Origin: Cetorhinus maximus
Lineage: Eukaryota
Reading direction: 5' to 3'
Assembly: GCF_964194155.1 (NCBI RefSeq)
Contig: NC_135898.1
Span: 21,018,001-21,082,000, forward strand
DNA length: 64,000 nucleotides
The notes beneath the pieces were generated by a model. It saw nothing but the letters and a program-made list of their open reading frames with translations, was not told where the DNA came from and searched no databases. This document shows positions 51,747-63,519 of the stretch, one piece after another (position 1 is the stretch's first letter; each line of letters begins with the position of its first letter). The translations under genes were made by a program, and so were the position numbers.

Positions 51747-52702
51747 CTACAGAAAAAGCACAGGAACAGGAAACTAGGTGGCAAAACTTGCAGCATTCAT
51801 ATTGTAAGAATCCTGGGAAATCCCTATGCTGGGTTTCCTTGCTAATTAACAAAAACTAACTTCAATGCTATGACTGGCTGGACATTCCTTTAATTTCCTT
51901 GTTACACTTAATCTTATACTGAACTAGATCTTTAATCCTGTTTGTGGTACGCTCTGGATAAAAGCAGATGAGAGGTGACATGACGTGCAATCGACCAAGT
52001 GCTCTTGACCCCAAAGATTTGGAAAGGGATCAACTTTTAAAAAAAGGCAAACTTCAGCAGACATCCAGCAGAGTGCAAAAACCCTGATATAGAGATTGTC
52101 GAGGTATTGCATGTTGTTGACTGATGCAACAAGATCTGGGGCACAACCAGGGAGTAGTTACGTGGAGATCACACTTCCAACCTGCACTTTGATCCTGCTG
52201 CTCAGACAGCAGCATGTGTTAAGTCTTACGCTGAATAAAATATAATCACTGTCACCAATAAGGGTTGTCATTTTGAATCATTTAAGAACTTAAAAAGGGG
52301 TTTGAGGATTAATTGACTCAGACACTGAATTCCAACATTACCTCCCAATGTTTCCTTTTAATTATGACAAACATGTCTGATTTTCCCTCCTGGGACATGG
52401 GGGCTTCTAAAGTTTATATCTCCCTCCTTTTGCTGCTGAAGGAGCTGGCAGCTGGTTGGAAATGAGATCTGCAGGTAGCAGTTACATCTGAACTAGTAGA
52501 ATTTAAAAGAACAAACTTTTAATCAAAGCACTGCATGGACTTCCTGTTTCATTCACATTGTTGGTAAAATTAAAGCCCCTTTTTTAAAAGGTTTATGGTT
52601 TAAAAATTGTCCATCACAAGTGACACATACATAAAGCAATGTGGAATATCCATCTATTGTCTTGACCCCAGCTCTGCTGGTAACAGCCAGCTCCCCATAT
52701 AC

Positions 52703-52809
52703 CTGGCAATCTGTGTCAGTGTTCAGTCCATCCCACAGGCTCATGAACTGTGCTTTCATCATGGCGGTCGCTTCATGGTCATTGCAGGAACGGTTCCTGA
52801 GAAAGGAAT
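52703..52809 (-). CDS. ATAD1: ATAD1 exon (DSFLRNRSCNDHEATAMMKAQFMSLWDGL...)
   Basis: Pore loop 2 and WD motif; 107 nt. Confidence 0.95.
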
Positions 52810-52984
52810 CTAGCAGAATGAAAATAGACACCAGAGAGAGAATCAACAAGATACAGACTGCCATCAGGCGCAGGGCATGGGACATAAGAGTAAATCAGCC
52901 TGGATTGTTAAACTTGAACCATGCATATTAACCACAATACCCAGCCTTGAAGTACTGATCTAATTGATGGATTTGAGTCATTTA

Positions 52985-53620
52985 GAATCATAGAATGTTT
53001 CCAGCATAGAAGTAAGCCATTCGGCCCATTGTGCCCTTGCCCGCTATCTGTCTTTTCCCCATAGCCCTGTAAATTGTCTCACTTCAGATATTAATCCAAT
53101 TCCCTTTTGAAAGCCATGATTGAATCTGCCTCCACAACACTCTCAGGCAGTGCATGGCAGATCTAACCACTCACTCAAAACAAAGAAGTTTCCCCTCAAC
53201 TTGCCATTTCTTCCTTTGCCAATCAATTTAAACCGGCACCCTCTCGTTCTCGATCCTTTCACCCGTGGGAACAGTTTTTCCATATAAACTCTGTCCAGGC
53301 CCCTCATGATTTTGAACACCTAGATCAAATCTCCTCTTAATCTTGTCTGAAGAGAACAGACAAGAAAAGGTTAAGAGGAGCTTCTCCAGTCTATAAATGG
53401 AACTGGGGTTCCTCAGCGCTGGAACCATTCTCATGAATCTTTTTTGCACCCTCTCTAAAGCCTTCACATCCTTCCTAAAGTGTGGTGTCCACAACTGGAC
53501 GCAATACCCCAGTTGAGGCTGAACCAGTGTTTATCGTAACTTCCTTGCTTTTGTACTCCATGCCCCTATTTATAGAGCCCAGGTTCCCATGCTTTATTCT
53601 TTCTCAACCTGTTCTGCCAC
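52985..53620 (-). mobile_element. CR1 LINE 3' fragment
   Basis: WTPHFRKDVKALERVQKRFMRMVP. Confidence 0.85.
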
Positions 53621-53827
53621 CAAGTCCCTCTGTTCCTTCATAACAGATAACTCAGGATAACAGATACCCAGGAGTGAATTACAGGCTGAAATCTAATCAA
53701 GGAGTTCAGGAGGTGACCTATATATAGAATGCAAGGTCCCTCTTTTCTCTTACAGGTTCTGGAAAAGAAGAAAAGTTCTTAAATTCTTTAGCCCCAAGTA
53801 ACCGTTCTCCAGCGAGTCAGCACCTAC

Positions 53828-54028
53828 CTATTTCATCAATGAATATAATACAAGGTTCAATTTTCGCAGCCAAAGAGAAGACAGCAGCTGTCAGTTTCTG
53901 TGACTCTCCATACCATTTATCAGTTAGCGTTGAGGCTTGCATGTTGATGAAATGGCAGCCAACGACACTTGCTGTGGCTTTGGCAATGAGGGTCTTCCCA
54001 CAGCCTGGAGGGCCATACAGCAACACAC
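53828..54028 (-). CDS. ATAD1: ATAD1 exon with Walker A (GPPGCGKT), pore loop 1 (KWYGE) and Walker B (IIFIDE)
   Basis: 201 nt, AG/GT boundaries. Confidence 0.96.
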
Positions 54029-54389
54029 CTATTCACAGGCACAGGGAGAAGGCTCTCGTTTGAAATCCATCACAAATAGGAAGCGATACACGTAACAAAG
54101 TTGCAGAGTCAGGATTCGAAAGAAAATACAGGGCAATGTTTCAGATTGATGGCCTTCAAACCCACACATTTGCAGCAGAAGCATTTGCTTTTTCTCCATT
54201 CAGATGTTGACAGATCACGCATTTCAAGCTTTTCTGAGTTTCCCAATTTTCAAAATTTACAGGTCAACCTCCCCTTGCAGGGAGCAAGACATGGTGTCTA
54301 AACACAGAGTGTGGATGGAAAGGTGCTCTGACAACTCAAGGACATGTAGGTAAAGTCATAAAAATAAAAACATAATTTTGGGCTTGACT

Positions 54390-54705
54390 GGACAATGCAG
54401 AGGGAGCTTTACTCTGTATCTAATCCCGTGCTGTACCTCCCCTGGGAGTGTTTGATGTGGACAGTGTAGAGGGACCTTTGCTCTGTATCTATCCCCTTGC
54501 TGTATCTACCCTGGGAGTGTCTGATGGGGACAGTGTAGGGGGAGCTTTACTCTCTATTTAACCCTGTGCTGTATCTGCCCTTGGTGCATTTGGTGGGACA
54601 GTGTAGAGGGAGCTTTACTCTGTATCTAACCCGGTGCTGTACCTGTCTTGGGAGTGTCTGATGGGACAGTGTAGAGGAAAGCTTTACTCTGTATCTGACC
54701 CTTGC
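54390..54705. repeat. ~66-bp tandem repeat, about five copies (GACAGTGTAGAGGGAGCTTTACTCTGTATCTAACCC...)
   Basis: Repeated unit directly visible; a single copy also occurs near 15995. Confidence 0.85.
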
Positions 54706-54872
54706 TGCACTTGGAGGACAGAGAGTTTCCAAATGCTAATTTTGCGTTGTGCAGTGTTAAATATAATACTTGATCCCAAGTTATGAGATACTGGCGTTAT
54801 CAAACGCACTAAAGTCGACACCATACCTCAGTTATTACCATGTTTCTGCTCCAAATACAAATCAATCCTCAC

Positions 54873-54993
54873 CTTTTGGTGGCTGGAAGAGCTTGGATCC
54901 ATGGAATAAATGTTTCTTCTGGAATGGGAGAATGACTGTTTCCTGTAGCTCAGTGATAACTTCATCCAGCCCAGCAATGTCCCGCCATGTCAC
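54873..54993 (-). CDS. ATAD1: ATAD1 exon (VTWRDIAGLDEVITELQETVILPF...QPPK)
   Basis: 121 nt, AG/GT boundaries. Confidence 0.95.
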
Positions 54994-55950
54994 CTATTGG
55001 AATGTCAAGAATTATATTTATAAAGGTACAAACGTCAGAAAACACAGCGAGTGCAGTGACTGTTGTTATGTGGCCAAATAAATCTAAATATCAATAAGAT
55101 GAATGGCCAGTTAAACAGTTTTGATAGGACACTAAAAACTTCCTGGCTTTTACAAGTGGTGTTCTGGGATTTTTGGGTCAGGATTTTAGCCTGGAGAAGG
55201 GTTTTGCGCCATGGGGGTTGATATTGTAAGCTGGGATACCCAGAAGATTCCTGAATGTCCTGCAGAATTTGACAATAAGGCTCGTTTAATGGGATTTTCC
55301 TCTACTGATTGACAAGCTGGAGGCCAGCTTCATAGCCAATGAGAGCAACGGGGAGTGAGAGAGATACTTGGTGGGAGAGGGGGGGTTGGTGTAGGGCAGG
55401 GTCTGATGAGCCCCAATCATAGTAGGTGAGGAAGCAGACAGAGCTAGGGAGGATTTACTGGTTGGCTTGTTGGGCCTGGAAGAAGCACTCCTTCTCCTCT
55501 TGGCCCACAAGCAGTGCTGTAAAAGCAATTGCCTCATGGGTTCAGTCTTCTCACTTCATTTAAGCTGCCAGATTTCCCAAGGCCTGGGAAACCCTGCTGC
55601 CTGCGGTTAAAAGTACATCAAATGAGTGAAGGCACACAGCCTCATTATTACGTTTAAATTTTCTTTCCATAAATGGGTTAATTGTCTGCCCCTCGTTCCA
55701 CCTGAGTTAAAACCAGAAGTGCGCCTGTTTGGTTCCTGTTACAGTTTTTTTGCACTTTAACCTCTGACACGACTCCAACTCACCCATTTTTGGGAGTTCA
55801 GGTTCAATGACTACTTAAACCACAGGATGTCTGATACTGCACTCCCTCAATGCTGCCCTTGAGTGCCAATCGAGATTTTGGACTCCAAACCAAAAATATA
55901 CTGATGGAGAGGTGAAAATGTTACCAACTGATTCAAAGAACTCCAATTAA

Positions 55951-56691
55951 TGTTACCATCTCCTGGAACAGTGTGTGTGCCAGGTTTGGCAGAATGGTGC
56001 TGGAAGGGAGACCTGGTTTAAGAGGGAACTGCCTAGCGACAGTGTTTTGATTGGCTCCTGACCAAATGGCCAGGTTCTGTGTGAGGATAGTGCAGTAAAT
56101 CAGCTCCTAGCCTGAAAAGAGGAAAGACCTGAAACCTCTCTCTCCTGTCTTCTGTAAGACTCCAGTAATCCTGCCATAGCAGTTAGCTGGCTATTTCTCA
56201 CATCGCTGTATCCTACTTTCTTTGAGAAACCCCTGTCATGAAGAAAAGGGAAAAAAATCACCAGTAGAGACATTAAAAGCAAGTTTCAACCAGAGAACCA
56301 CAGAGTGCAAATGCTGGGAGACCACCTCATGTCAGTCACAACAACCTGCAACCAATTTGGAAGAAATCAATCAAAGTCAACCCATCTAATCCTGAACTCC
56401 AGACTGGTGCTATTGAACTGTTTCATCTCACCCTTAATGTGTGTGTATAGACGTGTGTTATAGAGTTAAAAGTTAGCAGTTCATATTTCTTTCTTTTGCC
56501 ACTGTATTTGTTTAATAAACAGTTATTTACTTGTAAGTTTACAAACCTGGTGTTCGTATTCTTTTAACCTAAATTAGACAGTTTGGTAAAATTGGGGCAA
56601 TTTGGTGGTCTGATTAAACTTCTCACATTTGTCAGGGCTCAGGGAGCAGTGGGGCTTGATACCACAGTGTACTACCCAGTGGGTTGTGACA
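55951..56691 (+). mobile_element. Solo LTR (TG...CA) with 4-bp TTAA TSD
   Basis: TTAA|TGTTAC...GTGACA|TTAA; internal AATAAA at 56514-56519. Confidence 0.65.
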
Positions 56692-56749
56692 TTAAGCACA
56701 GCTCAAATTAGTTTCACTCCCATTGAGCCCTGCACTGGAACACTGGGGA

Positions 56750-57057
56750 GGTGGAGGCTTAGTGATATTGTCACTGCACTGGTATTCCAGAGACCTAGGG
56801 TAATGCTCTGGGGACCAGGGTTCAAATCTGAATTCAATAAAAATCTGGAATTAAAAGTCTGATGATGACCACGAAATCATTGCCGATTGTTGTAGAAACT
56901 CATTTGGTTCACTAAGGGAAGGAAATCTGCCGTCCTTACCTGATCTGACCTACATGTGAGTCCACAGCAATATGGTTGACTCTTAAATGCCCTCTGAATT
57001 AGGGATGGGAAATAAAGGCTTGCCAGCGATGCCCACATCCCATGGATGAATAAAAAA
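56750..57057 (+). mobile_element. tRNA-derived SINE with LINE-derived 3' tail
   Basis: A box GGCTTAGTGA, B box GGTTCAAATC; tail AATTAGGGATGGG..ATAAA..GATGCCCACATCCCATG followed by an A-rich end. Confidence 0.75.
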
Positions 57058-57569
57058 CGCAAATACCTTATTTTACACAATAGCAAATAAACAACAGAAC
57101 CTCTCTCAAAAGGCTCCAGAAGAGGTATTCAGATATTGCAAAGAACCTCTTCTTAAGCACTTATTTGCAAAATGAACTTTATAACTAACTGAACAAAAGC
57201 TTACACATTTACTCTGCAGCAGCTAGCCTTGGGATCAGGAACCCATCTCCAGTGCAGAAAGTCAGCACCAGTTGTGAGGTGGCTCTTTGTCTTGTTTGGT
57301 GCACTGTATATCTACTTGTTTAGGATTGAAATAAACTCCCCCAGAAAGACCATACAGAGTTCTTTCTCCTTTATGCTGTTACTTTATGCTTCTCTTGCCA
57401 GCAGCTGCAATGATTTATGAGATGGAGGCCAGGCTCCAGCTCACAATGTAAATGCCCAAAATGACTCATTAATTGGCACCGATAGCACAGTCCAGGCTTA
57501 GTTAAGCATCTGGCCAAAGATAAATCATTAATTTAATAAGTCAATAAAATACATAATGCAGACACTCAC

Positions 57570-57668
57570 CTTCAATGTTCTGGGACCCACCAGATGAGCA
57601 GCTATTGTCAATTCATATTCCGAGAGTTTGATTCCTTCCACACCAATCTGTTTCATCAGCTTCGCTGC
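57570..57668 (-). CDS. ATAD1: ATAD1 exon (AAKLMKQIGVEGIKLSEYELTIAAHLVGPRTLK)
   Basis: 99 nt, AG/GT boundaries. Confidence 0.94.
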
Positions 57669-58121
57669 CTGTTGAACAGTTCAACAAAACACTATGGCTG
57701 CAGTCAAACAGGATGCTGGTGAAGACTGGACATTTATATTGTGTAATAAGTGTCAGAAACGATTGAAGTGATATGGGGCAATGGGTGAAATGGCACAAAT
57801 AGATCCTTTTGCTCATGCTGTCAACAAGTGCAAACCTCAGTCAGCCCAGGTTAACATTTCAGAAGTTACTGGTAAGACGGTCAAGACAGACAGAGACTCT
57901 TCATCCAAAGGGTAATGTGATTATACAAAATTGAAGAGCACAACTGGGGTTGAGAAAATTAGACATTTCTGATGGCAGAAAGACTGAGGGATATGATAGA
58001 TCAACCTCAATTGGCCGAACAAAAAAGATGGGCTTTTAGGGTCTAATGACCTCACCCTATTCCCAAACAAGCTTATTTCAACACAAGTCTCTACTGAGTG
58101 GCTTGTACTTCACAGCCATAC

Positions 58122-58295
58122 CTTTTTCTTGGCATCAATCTTCTGTCTCCGTGTAGGATCGATGGTATCCACCATCCATTTGATACCAAAGTATGTGGCA
58201 GCGCCAAATACTGTGAGGCGGAAGAGCATTCCCAGCACCTCACTCCGGCTCAGCGGTCGTGCCAATGGGTCCTTGGAGATTTCACTCAGCAGCAT
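58122..58295 (-). CDS. ATAD1: ATAD1 first coding exon with transmembrane anchor (MLLSEISKDPLARPLSRSEVLGMLFRLTVFGAATYFGIKW...)
   Basis: 174 coding nt; exon begins at 58312 after CACAG. Confidence 0.94.
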
Positions 58296-58882
58296 GTTCG
58301 GTCCTTGTTAACCTGTGATGGAAAAATCAAAAGTACAAGGGTCAAAACCTGCTGGCGCCTTTCAGCTGATCAATAAACAAAGGGAACAGTAACTGGCTTT
58401 TACTCAGTTTGGTATCCCCTCAAGCTATCAAGTGGCTTGTAGATGCATCCTTTAGGGTAAGCGCTGTTAGCCAGGGGAATGAAGCACTTTATCTATAACA
58501 CAGCTTCGAGCTTCTTGAGTGTTGTGGGAGCTGCACTCATCCAGGCAATTGGAGAGTATTCCCTCACACTCCTGACTTGTGCCTTGTAGATGGTGGTCAG
58601 GCTTTGGGAATCAGGGGGTGAGTTACTCGTCACAGGATTCCCAGCCTCTGACCTGCTCTTGTAGCCACAGTATTTATATGGCTGGTCCTGTTCAGTTTCT
58701 GGTCAATGGTAACCCCCAGGATGTTGATAGTGGAGAATTCAGTGATGGTAAGACAGTTAGAGAGAGCCCTGGTTTTGACTTTGAGAGACCCACAGCCACT
58801 TTCTTCCTCTTTAAAGGACTGGAGGACACTTCCACACTCCTGCTGGGCCTGCACCTCAGTCCAGGCAGGACAAGGGGACAAA

Positions 58883-59003
58883 AAAAACAAAAACAAAAAA
58901 CAGTTCTGTTGAAGGGTCATGTGGACCCGAAACGTCGACTCTTTTCTTCTCCACCGATGCTGCCAGAGCTGCAGGGTTTTTCCAGGTAATTCTGTTTTTG
59001 TTT
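58883..59003 (+). mobile_element. Minimal Penelope pLTR insertion carrying a hammerhead motif
   Basis: 16-bp TSD AGGACAAGGGGACAAA (58867-58882, 59004-59019); hammerhead-like fold at 58902-58940. Confidence 0.85.
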
Positions 59004-59039
59004 AGGACAAGGGGACAAATGCCCCCACCGTGGAGGGCC

Positions 59040-59345
59040 GGCAGCCGGCAGCTCCCTCCGCGCATGCGCGGGGCCCGATACCTCAGGAGACCAAGATGTC
59101 GCCGAGGACGAGGCAGCGGCACAACAAAAAATCCCGTTTAACAGCTGTAACCCTTACCTATCTCCGGTCGTTCAGCTTGAGGTAAAACGCTCAAACATTC
59201 GGCCGCAAATTCATTGACCCGAAACACTTCCATCACCGAACGGCCGCCATCTTCCCCGTAACAGACAACATCGTCCGACCGGAAAACGACCTCGAGACGA
59301 TGGTTCCGCCCGTGCTTGGATTTGTTCCCCCACCCCCTCCCTCGG
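59040..59345 (-). promoter_or_regulatory. ATAD1: ATAD1 CpG-island promoter and 5' exon (donor TAG|GTAAGG at 59158/59157)
   Basis: NRF1 palindrome GCGCATGCGC 59060-59069; YY1 motif CCGCCATCTT 59244-59253; ETS-like CCGGAA. Confidence 0.7.
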
Positions 59346-60379
59346 CATAAATGTTGCTTTCTTCTTGAAATAAAGGTAGAAAACAACTTGTAAGAATTGT
59401 GTTCTTTCTCGCATTCATTCATTTGCAAGTTACAATGTTTCTCCCAATCATTAAATATTCATGATCGAAGAGGGTTTGAAAAATCTTCTCAACAATAGAG
59501 AGACCACATTATATAAATTGTGCCAGATGACAGTGTGCAGCATTTTACACAAACATTACAACCCATTCACATATGATATATATGACTTTCTACTGCTACT
59601 TAGATGTGAATGCTGGTGAACTGGAACTCGCTGCCTACCAGGTTGGTGGAAGCGGAGACACTGAATGATTTCAAAAGGAAGTTGGATGGGCACTCGAGAG
59701 AAATCAACTTGCAGGGTTATGGGGATAGAGTGGGGGAATGGGACTGATTGGTCTACGACGAGACGCATGGACTCGATGCCCCGAATGGCAGTAATCACTC
59801 TTTGACTCTGGGAAGACTTGTCAAGAAACTCAAAAATGCAATTTCAACATTTCCCATTAGTAAGTAAATATCAAAAACAATCATGGCTCGAAAATATTTT
59901 TGAATTAAAAGACTGCGTCGCACATCATAACGTGTGAATAGTGAAGTGAACTCTGGAAATAGCAAGTCAGGGAACATCTGTGAAGTGGAGGAAGATATTA
60001 TTCCTCAGGTGTGTATAGCTTATCATAGGCTTTTTTATGGGTTTAAATTATACTTACTCTTAACACAAAGGTATTTGAAAGAATGAAAGAATACGGCAGA
60101 TGTGGGAAATCTGATATAAAAACAGGAAATGCTGGAAATACTCAGCAGCTCAGGCACCCTCTGTGGAGAGAGAAACAGTAAGAAAGATTGGCATTTATAT
60201 ACCGCTGTTCACCACTTCACATTGTCCCATATTGCTTTACAGTAAGTTAAGTATTTTTGAGGTGTAGTCACTGTTGTAATGTAAGAAATGTGGCAGCTAA
60301 TTTGTACACAGCAAGGTCCCACAAACAGCCATGAGATAAATGACCAGATAATCTGTTTTTATTATGTTAATATTCCATA

Positions 60380-61310
60380 CTGAGGAATACCTGTAGCAGA
60401 AAATGGACAGATTCTCACATACCTGTAAAGAATTTGGCTTGTCCATCAGGGAGACAAATGTCATGGTCCAGAATGTTGACTTAACACCTTCTATCAGCAT
60501 TAAGAATGTCATGTTGGAGGCTTTGATAGCTTCACATATCTCAGCACCACAATCACCAGCAATCTGTCACATGATACTGAAACCAATATGTACATCACAA
60601 GAGATGCAGCTGTTATGTCCAAGCTGAGTAATAGAGTGTGGAACAACAGCAACCTGACAGAGAAAACCAAACTGTGACTCTGCCAAGCCTGTGTCCTCAG
60701 CGTGCCCCTGTACAATGGTGAGACCTGGACAACATGTACTACGCAGGAGAAAAGGCTGAACAATTTGCACCTTTGCTGTCTCAGATGTATCCTTGGCATC
60801 TCTTGGCAGGTCAAGGTCATCAACTCAGAGGTCCTGGAGTATGCTAATTCCATCAGTGCTAAGCCAATGATGTCTGGGTTGGCTCAGGCATGTTCATCTG
60901 TTGGATGATAACTATGTACCCAAAGACCTTCTATACGGTGAATCGGCCACTGGTCATGATCTCTTGGGTGTTCATGCCTCTGCTACAAGGACACCTGCAA
61001 GAAAGATATAAAGTTGGTGGATCTTGACACTGACAGCTGGGAGCCAGTCGCTGACAGACGTGACCCCCTGGAAGCTGATGGTTTGGAAGGGCATTGGAAG
61101 AGCTGAGTAGAAACGAAAAGCTCAGCTGGCCAAGAAAATGCCCCAGAGAAACAGAGGCCAGTAAATCATGAACCCTCTCAGCCCACTGTCTTCCTCTGCA
61201 GCAAATGTGGCAGAGACTGCCATGTAAGAATGGGGCTGCTGAGCCACACAACGCGATGCTTAACGCAAAATTGATTGCCATGGTATAAACAATTGTTTTA
61301 TGAGACAGAA
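60380..61310 (+). mobile_element. RTE-clade LINE 3' fragment
   Basis: MDRFSHTCKEFGLSI; LYNGETWT..QEKRLNNLHLCCLRCILGISWQ. Confidence 0.85.
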
Positions 61311-61950
61311 GGATTTTTTTTATTTGTCATGGGATGTGGGCATTGCTGGCTAAGCCAGCATTTATTGCCCATCCCTAATTGCCCTTGAGAAGATGATGGT
61401 GAGCCACCTTCCAGAACTGCTGCAGTCCATGTGGTGTGTGTACACCCACAGTGCTGTTAGGGAGGGAGTTCCAGGATTTTGAGCCAGCGACAGTGGAGGA
61501 ACAGTGATATATTTCCAAGTCAGGATGATGAGTGACTTGGAGGGGAACTTGCAGGTGTTCCCATGCATCTGCTGCCCTTGTCTTTCTGGATGGTAGAAGT
61601 CACAGGTTTGAAAGGTGCTGTCAAAGGAGCCTTGGTGAGTTGCTGCAGTGCATCTTGTAGATGGTACACACTGCTGCCACTGTGCGTCGGTGGCGGAAGG
61701 AGTGAATGTTGAAGTTGGTGGGTGGGGTGCCAATCAAGCAGGCTGCTTTGTCCCCGATGGTGCTGATAGAGGGATAAATATTGACCAAGACAGGTTAACT
61801 CCCCTGCTCTTCTTCGAAATAGTGCCATGAGAACTTTTATAAAGTTTTAGGTCTGTGACCTTTTGTCAGAATCCAATGACGAAAAGAGTTCAAGCTTCTG
61901 CAAACATTAGCCTGGCACAAAGATGACAACACACCTCCAACAGCACTAAG

Positions 61951-62561
61951 ATAAAAACAAAAAACTACTGCGGATGCTGGAAATCCAAAACAAAAACAAA
62001 AACAGAATTACCTGGAAAAACTCAGCAGGTCTGGCAGCATCGGTGGAGAAGAAAAGAGTTGATGTTTCGAGTCCAATGACCCTTCAACAGAACTGAGTGT
62101 AGTTAGGAGAGGGGTGAAATATAAGCTGGTTTAAGGTGGGGGGTGGGGTGGGGGGAGAGAAGTTGAGGGTGGGGTGGTTGTAGGGACAAGCAAGCAGTGC
62201 TAGGAGCAGAGAATCAAAAGATGTCACAGACAAAAGGATCAAAGAGGTGTTGAAGGTGGTGATATTATCTAAGAGAATATGCTAATTAAGAATGGATGGC
62301 AGGACACTCAAGGTACAGCTCTAGTGGTGTCTGTGACATCTTTTGATTCTCTGCTCCTATCACTGCTTGCTTGTCCCTACAACCACCCCACCCCCTACAA
62401 CCACCCCACCCCCCACCTTAAACCAGCTTATATTTCACTCCTCTCCTAACTACACTCAGTTCTGTTGCAGGGTCATTGGACTCGAAATGTCAACTCTTTT
62501 CTTCTCCACCGATGCTGCCAAACCTGCTGAGTTTTTCCAGGTAATTCTGTTTTTGTTTTTG
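61951..62561. mobile_element. Penelope pLTR inverted pair (hairpin) with two hammerhead motifs
   Basis: Same pLTR as 34800-35120; 15-bp TSD TCCAACAGCACTAAG (61936-61950, 62562-62576). Confidence 0.9.
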
Positions 62562-62659
62562 TCCAACAGCACTAAGCTCAGCTGGAAAAGTTGCTCAAAA
62601 CTTACCGGGGGTGGGGGAAGGGGGTAGGAGAAAGTTTTCTCCTAGTGATGATTGACGCG

Positions 62660-62875
62660 GCGTCTAGCCAATCAAAACCTGCAGCCGTGGACGTGCGACC
62701 AGACATAGTCCAATAGGAAGCGGGAATAGGTAAAAGAGGGCAGCCCGGCGGCGATGATTGACAGAAGGGTTAGCCAATGCGGTGGTAGGACGGGGAAGTT
62801 GGCGGCCAATCGGCGCGGGGGGCGGGTCCATGGCCGTCGGGGCGGCGGAGGCTCGAGCGGAAATTTGAATTAAAT
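62660..62875 (+). promoter_or_regulatory. Cell-cycle-type promoter: four CCAAT boxes, a GC box, and E2F/CDE plus CHR
   Basis: CCAAT at 62668, 62710, 62774, 62806; GGGGCGGG near 62819; GCGGAAA-TTTGAA at 62857-62869. Confidence 0.7.
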
Positions 62876-62879
62876 CTAA

Positions 62880-62988
62880 ATGAGCGTCGCCGGCGGCCCC
62901 GAGAAATGGAGAAAATGGTCCTCGGCTTTCTCCTCTTCATCGCCCCGGCTTTCCCCGTTGGACCGTCGCGCATGGAGTTTCACGCTGA
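62880..62988 (+). other. Probable first exon of an unidentified gene
   Basis: CpG island; ATGs at 62880, 62906 (good Kozak) and 62972; donor GAG|GTACGG near 62988. Confidence 0.5.
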
Positions 62989-63519
62989 GGTACGGCCGGC
63001 CAGGGGTGGGGCGAGCCTGGCCACCGCTCCAGGAAAGTCCGAGGCTTCAAGCTGTGAGGGTAGGCCGCGGTCGGGCAGAAGCGGGGAGCAGAAGGCCCCC
63101 GACCCCTCGTATTCTACCCTCTGCCTAAAGTTTACAACCCCCTCTCCCCCACCCAGGTTTAAAGCCTGTTTGGTTAATATGTGAGAGAAACAGGGAAGCA
63201 GCCAAACCCCATCAGGGCAAGTAACAAATAACCTGCTGGGGACGGGCGGTGGAAATACTGGTTAAAAAGTTATAAAATGTGGCCTGGAGTGAAACATTTT
63301 TAAAAGTGGGTGCAGGAGCAGGGCTTCAGCAACCACCACTTGCGTTTATATAGCGCCTTTTAGTGTAGTAAAACATCCCAAGGAGGGTAAGTCTGACAGT
63401 AAAAATTAGACATCCAGCCACATAAGGTGAGATTAGAATAGATGGCAAACAAAAACAAGCTGGATCAAACAGCCAGATTTTAAGGAGAGTCTTAAAGGAA
63501 GAGAGAGACAGGTGGAGGC

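Noticed and set aside
54390-54705. Regular repeats resembling a CRISPR array
   Set aside because: Eukaryotic intron; the whole unit repeats with no unique spacers.
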